From positions 131,812,001 through 131,876,000 of the forward strand of contig OX597819.1 in NCBI GenBank assembly GCA_951406725.2: a stretch of DNA of 64,000 nt. The letters run 5' to 3'. Each line of letters opens with the position of its first letter. Positions within the stretch are counted from its first letter, which is position 1. The notes below the pieces were generated by a model. It saw only the letters and a list, made by a program, of their open reading frames with translations. It ran no database searches and was not told the origin of the DNA. The position numbers and the translations under genes were made by a program. Source of the stretch: Octopus vulgaris (taxonomy: Eukaryota). Of the stretch, positions 1 to 11,108 are shown in pieces.

Positions 1-110
1 ATGTTTCGAGATGGGTGTAGAGAGGAATGTAGAGAATGGAACAAAGATGGAAGTGTGAGAAGGAGGGAGAGGAAAGAAATGGGAATGGCTCAGTAAATAT
101 AAACTTGGGA

Positions 111-183
111 AACCCTGATGAGATTTATTAATTGTCAGTTTACCAAGTTCTAAACATCTTTCAAATTGAAACAGTTGAAGGTT
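111..183 (+). ncRNA. Decayed hammerhead ribozyme motif
   Basis: aacc-CTGATGA-gattt..aaatt-GAAA-cagttg-aa-ggtt; the U of the cleavage triplet is lost. Confidence 0.5.
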
Positions 184-319
184 CAATGCCCAATAAATGG
201 CAACAATTTGGTTAGATGGATACAGGAATGGCTGCGTGGTTAAGAAGTTTGCTTCCCAAACATAGAGTTTCAGATTCAATCCTACTTTTGGTGTCTTCTG
301 ACACACACACACACACAAT

Positions 320-705
320 TACCAAAGCTGCAAACCAAGCACTTACAGTGTTATCCAAGACTGCAAAATACTTCAGCTGCTGAGCCCAATAAGGGATCCT
401 CAAGCGGATCCCTTATTGAAATATTTCTGATATATCTCTGATGCTGCTACTATGGCTCATTCACAACCACGCTACATCCCGTACTACAACCGCTCACTCA
501 CACAGACACTGCTTTCCCTTCTTTTTCCTATAAACAGCTTCTGCTCTTCTCAACTCACAGGTCATACTCTCACTCAATGCCTCCATCTCTTCGAGTTGAA
601 CTTCCTGGAATCTCCATACCAACCCACAATTTTCCAACAGAAGTTCAAACTGAACATCAACCACATGTATCTCATCCACATGTCACACAGGATACGCTCC
701 TCCTC
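320..705 (+). mobile_element. Decayed LINE 3' end (CR1/Jockey group)
   Basis: Translates to SLLFPINSFCSSQL and SWN...QQKFKLNINHMYL, resembling LINE ORF2 C-termini. Confidence 0.45.
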
Positions 706-2409
706 TTAACAAAATTTGGATTTCAAATATTGACACAAGGTCGGAGGTTTTAAAGAAGTGAGTTACTTGATCACATTAACCCTAGTCCCTGACTCACATG
801 TGGCCAATGCCAGCGCCATCTGACTGGCACCCATGCTGGTGGCACCTAAAAAGCACCATTCAAGCATTGGGCCTCATGAAGACAGTGATGGGTGACCAAG
901 GCCTATGGTGATATATTGTGCTTGTGTTGATCTGTCAAGTCAAGTGAGACGATTGTCATGGCCAATGCTGGTATCAGGTCAATGGCACCCATGCCAGTAG
1001 CATGCAAAAACCACCCACTACACCTTCAGAGTGGTTGACATTAGGAAGGGCATCCAGTTGTAGAAACCTTGCCAAATCAGATCGGAACCTGGTGCAACTC
1101 CCTGGTTTACCAGTTTTCAGTCAAACTGTCCAACCCATGTCAGCATGGAAAACGGATGTTAAATGATGATGATGAAGACCTCCAAAATGACGAAAGGCAA
1201 AGCTGACCTTGGTGGGATTTGAACTCAGAATGTGAAGAGTCACAACAAATTTAATAAAGCATTTGTTAAAACACTAACAATTCTGCCAGCCAAATATAAA
1301 AAAAAAACATTTATTAACTGAGTATTTCTAATTTCCTACTTAACTCTTTTTGTTACCATTTCTATTGAAGAACGCTGCCTTTGTTTCAATTCATTTTGAG
1401 ATTAATGATTAAATTTGGTAAAATAATTTTGTCATTAATAAACTGGTGTTTGGAACATAAATGAACATGGAATATTGATGGAATGGTTTCGTTTAGATCT
1501 CTTTAAAACAAAAAGCTTGCATTGCAGAACCAGGGATGGTCTCAGGTGGATTGGTATCAGAAGGGCATATCAGCTGGGAACTGCTTCATTTTACTTGGAG
1601 AAAATTTTGTTTTGTTTTCTTCTTTCAAACATCATCCAATAATTATAGAGAACCATTGATTAGTTCATTGGAAGCCTATTTATATTCTTGAAAATGAAAA
1701 AACATTTTAAAGAATTATAGAAAATAATTTGTAGAGTAGGGAGAACAACAATTTCAAAAAACATTTTTTTTTTAATTTTAAACAATTGCAATATACACTC
1801 TTCAAATAGTTTCTCAGCAAAATTTCACTTGAATCTACTTTTTAAGAAGCCAATCAAGGTCAGGGGTACCAAACTATAGTTATACAATTCATTCTCATCG
1901 GTCACCACCTTCACCATCTTCTTTCAACTCTCCACTAATTTTTCTAACAAACATATTCTAAATTCTTCAAATTCAATTTTTTACAGAGAATTCAATTTTC
2001 CAATAAAAACATGACAGTACTATCTAATGGGATATCATGCTCTACTCTCACAAATTACTTTGACTGAGAACATTTTTGGCCTTCCATTTAATGTGCAATG
2101 CACGGGGAACAGTTGGCATGTGTATGTATGTATATGCATGTATGTGTGTGTGTGCCAAGTTTAACACAAAAAGCTCCAGCTAATATAGCAAGGCAGAAAG
2201 TAGTATAGTTTTACAATATTTTAAAGTTTCTGAAATTTAACCCATTCATAAATGGTCTCCCCAAAGCAGCACAGTCAGAACATTGTACCATACAAAGTAT
2301 TTATCTCAATTTTACAAACTGTTTACACATCAACCTGAACAATTGTATAATCATCTTTTTAATCGCTGGATTGTGAAACAGATTACTTAGACATCCTGGT
2401 AAGAGTAAC

Positions 2410-3244
2410 CGGTACTTTTTGGTTATCTCACCCCCATTAAAAAATTGCCATTACAAAATTGAGTTATCTCCCCACTAGAAAATTGAGTTTATGTGGTGAC
2501 AAGAGATTGGATTAAAAAGGTTTAGATCCTTTTGATTCAATACTTCAACACATTGTTGATTTTTGGCCCCCCTCAACAGGAATGGTATGATTTGTTGTGG
2601 CTGTGTGGTAAGTAGCTTGCTTACCAACCACATGGTTCCGGGTTCATTTCCACTGCATGGCACCTTGGGCAAGTGTCTTCTATTATAGCCTCGGGCTGAC
2701 CAAAGCTTTGTGAGTGGATTTGGTAGGCGGAAACTAAAAGAAGCCCGTCGTATATATGTATACATATATGTATATGTATGTATGTGTGTGTATATGTTTG
2801 TGTGTGTGTGTGTTTGTCCCCCCAACATCGCATGACAACCGATGCTGGTGTGTTTACGTCCCCGTAACTTAGCGGTTCGGCAAAAGAGGCCGATAGAATA
2901 AGTACTAGGCTTACAAAGAATAAGCCCTGGGGTCAATTTGCTTGACTAAAGGCGATGCCCCAGCATGGTCGCAGTCAAATGACTGAAAAAGAGTAGATTC
3001 AATAAGATGTTTAAGTTTTTCAGTTTTCATGTTTACTCATTTTTTTTCAGTTGTGTATGATTTGTTATAAAAATATTAGATTCAATACGAGGTTTCATTG
3101 TTTCATTTTTGGGGTTTTTTTTTTATAGAGGGTTAAACAATTGTCTTTAGTTGAGGGAGATAACCAAAAGTCCTGATATTTCTCATAAAACGTGGGGAGA
3201 TAACCCAATTTTTTTAACAGGGGTGAGATAACCAAAAAGTACCG
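2410..3244. mobile_element. MITE with about 38-bp TIRs, interrupted by a SINE
   Basis: Ends are cggtactttttggttatctcacccc..ttaaaaaattg and caattttt..aacaggggtgagataaccaaaaagtaccg, with subterminal gttatctcccc repeats. SINE-A is inserted at 2597-2995. Confidence 0.8.
2597..2995 (+). mobile_element. SINE family A, full-length
   Basis: Collinear with 36653-37055. Confidence 0.9.
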
Positions 3245-3524
3245 AGTCGCATAAGGTGGCACACTTGTGCCTTTCTTGGTCATCGTGTCCTTGGATCACT
3301 CAATACTCATTATAACATCAGATGGAGAGGAAACAAGATTTCCAAATTGGTTCTCAAAAGACAAAAAATAAAAGACAGACATCATTCTGCAACCATTATT
3401 ATTAGTGCTAATGGTTTGTGCCAATCATAAAGGTCTGGCTGTTCATACTATCAAAGGAAGGGCTCTTCAGATTGTCTGGTGAAATTATACAGAGGGAGGA
3501 GGTCTTTAGATTCTTTAATAAGCA

Positions 3525-3905
3525 TTCATCATCATCATCATCGTCGTTTAGCGTCCACTTTCCATGCTAGCATGGGTTGGACGGTTCAACTGGGGTCTGA
3601 TCTGGCAGTGTTTCTACAGCTTGATGCCCTTCCTAACGCCAACCACTCCGTGAGTGTAGTGAGTGCTTTTTATGTGCCAGAGGAGTCTGGAAAACAGCCA
3701 CGATCGGATGGTGCTTTTTATGTGCCACCGGCACGGGGGCCAGGCGAGGCTAGCAACGGCCACGAACGGATGGTGCTTTTTATGTGCCACCGGCACGGGG
3801 GCCAGGCGAGGCTAGCAACGGCCACGAACGGATGGTGCTTTTTATGTGCCACCGGCACGGGGGCCAGGCGAGGCTGGCAACAGCCACGAACGGATGGTGC
3901 TTTGT
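3525..3905 (-). mobile_element. SINE family B with about 3.5 tandem ~62-bp units
   Basis: Unit ggatggtgctttttatgtgccaccggcacgggggccaggcgaggctagcaacggccacgaac is repeated across 3700-3903. Confidence 0.88.
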
Positions 3906-3981
3906 GGCCTTTTTCATTGCCTTTTTCAAATAATACTTGAAAAAGTAGCTGAACTGTGTCATCAAAGACTATTTGAAAGTT

Positions 3982-4021
<40 letters not shown>

Positions 4022-4071
4022 GCAGCTGCTGCTGCTGCTACTACTGCTGCTTATAAATAATAATAATAATT
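3982..4071. repeat. Compound microsatellite (CTA)n(CTG)n(AAT)n
   Basis: Direct reading. Other simple repeats: (TA)n 5232, 11060, 23839, 42649, 47550, 53626; (CAG)n 5611-5647; (CA/TG)n 8501, 23610, 56048; (cacacacgcagt)-like 16862-16951. Confidence 0.95.
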
Positions 4072-5121
4072 GTCGTTGATATTTTTATGGATACATTTTC
4101 TCATGTTTTTGCCTGTAACACAACTACGTCTTTGTAAAGAGTTCCATTGTTGAGAAGCTAAAGGGTAGAGTAAGGAACAAACGAATGCTAACCTTTGAAT
4201 GTCTTTGTAAGATGAGTCACGGCAAGAGTTATGAGGTATTAAAATGAAAAGTTATGTTAATGCATGAAGCTATGATGATGATAATACACAAGTGGGATTG
4301 ACCAGATGAGATTTTGTAGGCCTGGAAATTAGTTTAGAAGGTCAGGGAGAACAAACAACTGTGGTGACCAATGCTTTTGTAGTTGTGCTGTTGTAACGGT
4401 CATATCCTGTCAGGGACCAATGGGGGGAACCATCAAGGAATAGCTGGATCTATAATTTACATAAAACAATGATTTCTCAAAGTGAATTATTTGCAGATTA
4501 GGCACAAAAACATCAGTACAAGCTGGGCTGGGGTCAGAAACATTCTTTTAGGATAAGGCTATATACACCATGGAAGTATCTAGGAGAATTTAGGGTCGAG
4601 GGAGAAGAATAGGGATCGGTTAGCAGGAAACTACAAATAAATTATCAATGAATAAATAAGTCTTTTGTTAACGACACCAGTAAATTACTAATTCTTCATT
4701 TACAGTTTACTCAACCTATATAAATGTGTGTGTGTGTAAAAGGAACAATTGTGGTTGTCTGATTAAGAAATTTGCTTCCCAACCATATGGTTTCAGGTTC
4801 AGTCCCACTGTGTGGCACCTTGCACAAGTGTCTTCAACTGCCCAGGCCCACCAAAGCCTTGAGTAGATTTGGTAAGTGGAAACTGAAAGAAGCCTATTAC
4901 ATATGCATGTGTGGGTGTGTACTTGTGTCTCTTTGTCTTGACCATGCTTCAATGGTGCTTCTTACAAGGTACAGGAAACTTATATATACACCATTCTGCT
5001 TAAATAATGGAACTGCAGATACAATATCCTTACGTATCACACATCTGTTTTCATTCCTCCACTCCCCTCTGTATCTCATATCTTCTCTATAATAACTATC
5101 ACTGAAACATTTTCTCGCACC

Positions 5122-5169
5122 GTCTCTGATGAAGGAATATATAAAATATCCCAGAAACAGCTGTAAGAC
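5122..5169 (+). ncRNA. Minimal type-I hammerhead ribozyme motif (Penelope pLTR type)
   Basis: gtct-CTGATGA-a-ggaatat..atatccc-a-GAAA-cagctg-TA-agac: stem I gtct/agac, stem II 6 of 7 pairs, palindromic stem III, GUA cleavage triplet. Confidence 0.72.
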
Positions 5170-5228
5170 CTCTTTATAAATGTTCTGAAAACTATTTACA
5201 GACTTCGAGTTTTTATCTCACTCTGTTA

Positions 5229-5281
<53 letters not shown>

Positions 5282-5606
5282 AACACACAACAGTCTTCTT
5301 TCAGTTTCTGTCTACCAAATCCACTCACAAGGCTTTGGTTGGCCTGAGGCTATAGTAGAAGACAGTTGCCCAAGGTGCCATGCAGTGGGACTGAACCCAG
5401 AACCATGTGGTTGGGAAGAAAGCTTCTTACCGCACAGCCATGCCGCCTGCACCTGTTGGGAAGGAAACTTAACCTCACAACCATAAACAATATATAAAAA
5501 AAAGAAGTAACCTCATAAACACAATTGGAGAGATAAGAGGAATTTAATTCTGAAGAGCAAGAGAAGCCATTGTGGTAAAATAAACCAAATGACAGCAACT
5601 TGTGAA

Positions 5607-5648
<42 letters not shown>

Positions 5649-7097
5649 TTGTCAAAGCTGACAACAAAGACTTGAATGGGACAGATTTTGCAACATTTTT
5701 AGGTCAAACTATAGAGTAGTAAAATATCTCTGAAAAAAGAAGGGCACACTGTGTGTTCTATATGGACTGTGCCAAGGACAAAGACAGGATGGTCATAGCT
5801 GGAATGCTTCTGGTCATAAATGCTAATTAACAGCTTAAAAATTGATTATTTTCAACCAAAGTACACTTCCTTCATATATTTGTTCAAATTTACTGAAAAC
5901 AAAAGACAGGTGAGGGAACAACAAGCAGGTGTATTAGTTTGACGCTCGGGAAGAATGTTGTTTGTTCCATTTTTTGCTTTGATTTTATATATATATATAT
6001 AAAACCCATTCAATAAATACTTTTTAGCCTCTCCCTTGGCAGGAACACACAGAGATTTCTTTTACACAACAGACACCCCTTCACTCACACTCTAACACCT
6101 TGGACTCCAAACTAAACTATATTTAAAGAAGACTTCAATGAAAAATCTCCAGACATGTTCTTGACCCCAGACAGAAGATAAACTGTCTTTACTTCAAATT
6201 TTTATAAATTTTTACTGACATTTGATAAGATGAAATACATCAAAACCAGTAATATTTTCTTTATATAATAATTTTTTTTTAAATTATTTTTATTAAAGTC
6301 CCTCTTAAATTGAAATGTCTTAGACATACTTCTGTGCTATTTCCACCTCCATCTTTTATATATATATATATGAATGATAATAATTATTCTGCTTGTTCCT
6401 CCATTACTTATTTGCCCATCTTTAATGCTCTCACATGATTAGTTGAAGGTAAAAGTGAAAATTGAGGGAAAAAGAAAAAGAGAAAAAAAAGGTAAAGCAA
6501 AGAGTAACAGAGAAAGAGAGAGAGAGAAAAGGGGGGAAGGAGAAGCATCCATGACGTGAGGTGGGGGAATGTAGTATTTATTACATGGTTAAAAAAAGTT
6601 AGTTGAAGGTAGTGATATAGAGGAGAGTTAGAAATATAATTTTAGCAGAAGGGTGATGTTCTGATGGCAAGATTAAAGAAATGCACAGAGAGAGACTGGG
6701 AGAGAGGGGAAGAGGGAAGGGAAAGAGAGAGAGAGAGGATGATGGTGGTGGTGGTGATGAGTGAATAGCGAAATTTCTTTTTTTAATTGAACTAAGTCAT
6801 TTTGTATCACCTATCGCTTAACACATTATTGATTGTCTGCTTGCTTGAAAACTGATATTTGTTTATAAAACATGGATGACAGACAATGTAAACTAACAAC
6901 AGAAACAATGAAACCCAACAGGCAAGGAGGCAAAGAGAAGCAGAGGGTCAGAACACTAGAACAGGTACGGGGGAGCATCAGCGTGTGGGAGGGAAAATAC
7001 GAATCAGAGAGTATAGAGTGAGTATTTACAACAGACAAACAGACAGATTCAAGCTAGAATATAAAATGTAAATCAGAGAGAATAACCAAAACATACG

Positions 7098-7270
7098 CTT
7101 GAAAGTTACAACATTGATGGCATTAATGTTCTCTGTAATCATTGTGAAGCTCTTGGATTTATAAATAAACCTCTCAACTTCTGAGAGTATGGGAAATTCT
7201 TGCTTCTTCAGTTACAGCCTTATCCAGAAGAACTCAAAGGTGTTTTCAACAAAAATTATGCAGAATATAC
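7098..7270 (+). mobile_element. Helitron RepHel N-terminal Cys/His fragment (pseudogenised)
   Basis: Manual translation LESYNIDGINVLCNHCEALGFINKPLNF*EYGKFLLLQLQPYPEELKGVF resembles the Helitron pattern IG.MN..C.HC.AL.F..E...CC..GKV.L..L..YPEEL..LF. Confidence 0.65.
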
Positions 7271-7426
7271 CATTTATAAAGGAATGCTAATTTTTATGTC
7301 TCCATATAAACTGACTACAAAACTTCACAATTACCACGGAATCTCCACAGGTACTGCTAATATATAAATTAATATAAACACCCAGGTGCAATATAAAAGA
7401 TAAATCTTATCATCACAAAGCACCTA

Positions 7427-8498
7427 TATTGCAAGAAATAAGGCTTTTCTTGCAATATAGGTGCTTTCACACCCTCAGTCATAACCCTAATTTTTCCTTT
7501 ATGGTCTTATATTGTATCTACCTGTTTGTCATCATCATCATCATCATTTAACGTCCATTGTCCATGCTGGCATGGGTTGATGATGATGGTTTGACTGGGC
7601 TGGCACACTGGGTGGTTGCACCAGGCTCCAGTCTGATTTGGCAGTTTTCTACAGCTGGATGCCCTTCCAAATGCCAACCATTCCAAGAGTGTTATGGATG
7701 TTTTTAAGTGCCACCGTCACAGGTGCCATTTGCGTGACACCAGTATCTGCCACAACTGCAATTTAGCTCGGCTTGATGGGTCTTCTCGAGCACAACATAA
7801 TGCCAAAGGTCTTGGTCATTGCCTCTGTGAGGCCCAACACTCAAAACGAACTTGGCTACACATTAGCATTTTACTAAATCAGCAAAAAAAATTTTATGGT
7901 AAAAATAATATATATACTGACAGCCAGATTTAGCCAAACCATTGAGCATTTGAGTAGTCACGACTGACAAACCTGCAACTGATAGACAAAACTAGTCTAG
8001 TCTAATGATCCTAGAGCTGCTCATCGGGTGGTTATCTCCCCTATCAGTGTATATATACTGTGCACTTTTTACAATATTAAGAGTTTTTAACTCTTATTTC
8101 TTGCGATATTGGTGCTTCAGCCACAATTAGTGGTGATAAAATTTTTTCCCAAATATATTCTCATACTGTTTGTACAAGAAGCAAATTATTACTTTGTCAT
8201 TGACAGTCTTTGTTAACTATTATATATACATACACACACACACACACACACACACATTAGGAAGGGCATCCAGCTGTAGAAAACTGCCAAATCAGACTGG
8301 AGCCTGGTGCAACCACCCAGTGTGCCAGCCCAGTCAAACCATCATCATCAACCCATGCCAGCATGGACAATGGGCGTTAAATGATGATGATGATGATGAC
8401 AAACAGGTAGACACAATATAAGACAATAAAGGAAAAATTAGGGTTATGACTGAGGGTGTGAAAGCACCTGTATTGCAAGAAAAGCCTTATTTCTTGCA

Positions 8499-8501
<3 letters not shown>
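7427..8501. repeat. Inverted duplication of about 247 bp (7427-7673 versus 8255-8501)
   Basis: Both copies share the SINE-B/flank junction and private variants such as ccatcatcatcaacccatg. Confidence 0.92.
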
Positions 8502-8568
<67 letters not shown>

Positions 8569-10127
8569 TGTTTGTTATTTTCTTTTTTACTATACTTGCT
8601 TTACATTTTTCTAAAAGAAAAAATTTGTTACATAAAAAAACAATGAATTTATTTCATAGTAAGAAAAAAAAAAAGGAAACATCCTCTTCTGCATCAATGG
8701 ACTGATTCTGCCTCATGGGATGATGGAGTTGTAAGAGAAAATGCATTCCTATCAGCATCATCATTTTTCAGCCTCTTTCCATGCTGGCATGAGTTGGATG
8801 AGTCACCATGGTGACAGTCTGTATGTGAGGGATACTGCTCACTAAGATAAACCAGGGGTCCTCATCTGAAATTTAATTTTTGATCTGGTTTCAGTGGCTG
8901 GATGCCCTTCCTAACATTGATCAGTTTACAGATAAGTGGACCAGGTTGTTGCTTCTTTTTTTTCATGACACCAGCACTAGACAAGTAACCACATTGAGGA
9001 CCTGGCTGAAAGGACCTCATAACCCAACAACTCTGATGACTGACCAACTTTATTACAGAATGAGAAGCAGCAGTGATCATGGCTTAGGGGTGATTGTAAC
9101 AGAAAGGGAAAAATCACAAACTCTTGCCATGACAGTCTGAGCAATTTACAACATTTCATCAAAATTATTTTCTACGTCTTTTCTCCCTAAATCTCTAATC
9201 CATCACACACTCTCCAGATTTCAATTTGCTTCAAACAGGAATCAATATTTACAGAAATAACAAAATTTCATTATAAACCAGGTGTTTGGAGCATAAAGTT
9301 AAGACGATGGACTTTAATTTGAAAATGAACGCTTTATCACTTTTGTTATATTTGCTTTGGTTCCAATTGTGAAATAATGAATTTATTAAAATACATCAAT
9401 TATCATTTAGCTGGTGTTTAGAATATAAATTAACAAAGAATTTAGATGGAAGGATTTTAATTTAGATCTCTTGAAAGCAAGGAATTTGTAACATAGAAGC
9501 AAGGGTGGTTTCAGGCGAACTGGTACCAAAAGGGTTAAAACAGGAAGCTTTGCATGATAGAAGCTGAGGTAGATTTAGGCAGGTTGATATCAAAAGCACT
9601 GAAGAGAACAGAGAGATAAAAAAAATATTTGATACAACAAAAATTAATGCTGCAAATTAAATATAAACATCTGAGATATTTTCACATCAATTACATATTG
9701 ACAGGACACAGAATTAAAACATATTAACCTATATTCGGACCCTGATATTCAAACTGATCAGACTCAGTCTGTCACACCTACCCCCTATATCATCCTGGTG
9801 ACCCCATGGGTGCTAGTGCCACATTAAAAGCAGCCAGCACATTCTGTAAATTGGTTGGTATTAAAGAGGGTATCCAGCCATAGAAACCTTGCCAGAACAG
9901 ACAACTGGAGCCAACCCCTCCAACCCATGCCAGCATGGAAAACAGATGTGAAATGATGATAATGATGAGATCATTGAGATTGTGAAGTTTTTAAATAATG
10001 CATGCTTAATAAGAAACAAAAACAATGTGAATATATAAACTTAACATTTGACAGAGTGATCAGAATGCTAAAGAACTAAACTAGATTTTTAAGACTGGCT
10101 TCATAAAGACAAAAAACAAAAACTCAC

Positions 10128-10213
10128 CACAAGATGATCTCCAGTCTTCTGATCCACCAAAAAGCAAGCAAATCCAAGTTGTAATTGAGGCTTTCCCAGG
10201 TTGTCATCATCGT
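10128..10213 (-). CDS. Internal coding exon (86 nt, phase 1 to 0) of the same host gene
   Basis: Minus strand reads tttttttttctcag|ACGATGATGACAAC...CATCTTGTG|gtgagt. Joined to the 144-nt exon it gives ...NNQTA-DDDDNLGKPQLQLGFACFLVDQKTGDHLV with no stop. No following exon was found in 1-10127, so it probably lies outside the window. Confidence 0.88.
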
Positions 10214-10431
10214 CTGAGAAAAAAAAAAAAAATTATACTCTTGGGTTTTTTTGTTTGTTTTTTAATTGAAAATAACCAACCATTTGTAAGGAAAACTTTT
10301 GACTGAATAAAAGAGCAATAATGGTAAAATAAGTTTACCATTTTTGGGATTCCATGAAATTAATTTTCAAAATAGAAGAATTTTAGTGTAAGAATTAGAT
10401 ATTCTTCTTTATATTTTATTTTATGTTTTTT

Positions 10432-10806
10432 AGTTGTTTCAGTCATTTGACTGTGGCCATGCTGGAGCACCGTCCTTAGTCGAGCAAATCGACCCCAGGA
10501 CTTATTCTTTGTAAGCCTAGTACTTATTCTATCAGTCTCTTTTGCTGAACTGCTAAGTTACGGGGATGTAAACACACCAGCATCGGTTGTCAAGCGATGT
10601 TGGAGGGACAAACAGAGACACACAAAATATATACATATATATACATACACAATGGGCTTCTTTCAGTTTCTGTCTACCAAATCCACTCACAAGGCTTTGG
10701 TTGGCCCGAGGCTATAGTAGAAGACGCCCAAAGTGCCATGCAGTGGGACTGAACCTGGAACCATGTGTTTGGTAAGCAAGCTATTTACCACACAGCCACT
10801 CCTGCA
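10432..10806 (-). mobile_element. SINE family A, full-length
   Basis: Reverse complement of the family A consensus. Confidence 0.9.
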
Positions 10807-10821
10807 CACAGACACATATAT

Positions 10822-11012
10822 ATATTAATAGTTATTGCCAAGCTAACATGGCAGTCCAGAAAAATAGGACTCTAGCTAGCTATGTGACACACAACCAGGT
10901 TCAGGTTTGTGTGTCACATAGCTAGCTAGAGGTGATGGACTCTTGGAGCTAATCAACAGCAGCATTCGTCCTATTTCTACTACCATGTTAGCTTAGCGAT
11001 AACTATTAATAT
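10822..11012. repeat. Foldback related to the 29.6-kb element
   Basis: Outer arms atattaatagttattgccaagctaacatggcagt / taccatgttagcttagcgataactattaatat; inner stem 10871-10894 / 10907-10930. Confidence 0.88.
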
Positions 11013-11056
11013 CCAATACCTCTGCCATAGTCTACCTTTAGAGATATTAAGAAATA

Positions 11057-11108
<52 letters not shown>

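Noticed and set aside
2475-2936. 153-aa ORF and its many look-alikes (SFSFRLPNPLT, YQIHSQG)
   Set aside because: All are read-throughs of SINE-A.
3479-3965. ORFs with repeated peptides
   Set aside because: Translation of SINE-B tandem modules; similar peptides recur at 36 and 46 kb.
5350-5667. Poly-Cys / poly-Gln ORF
   Set aside because: A (CAG)n microsatellite plus SINE head, with no splice signals.
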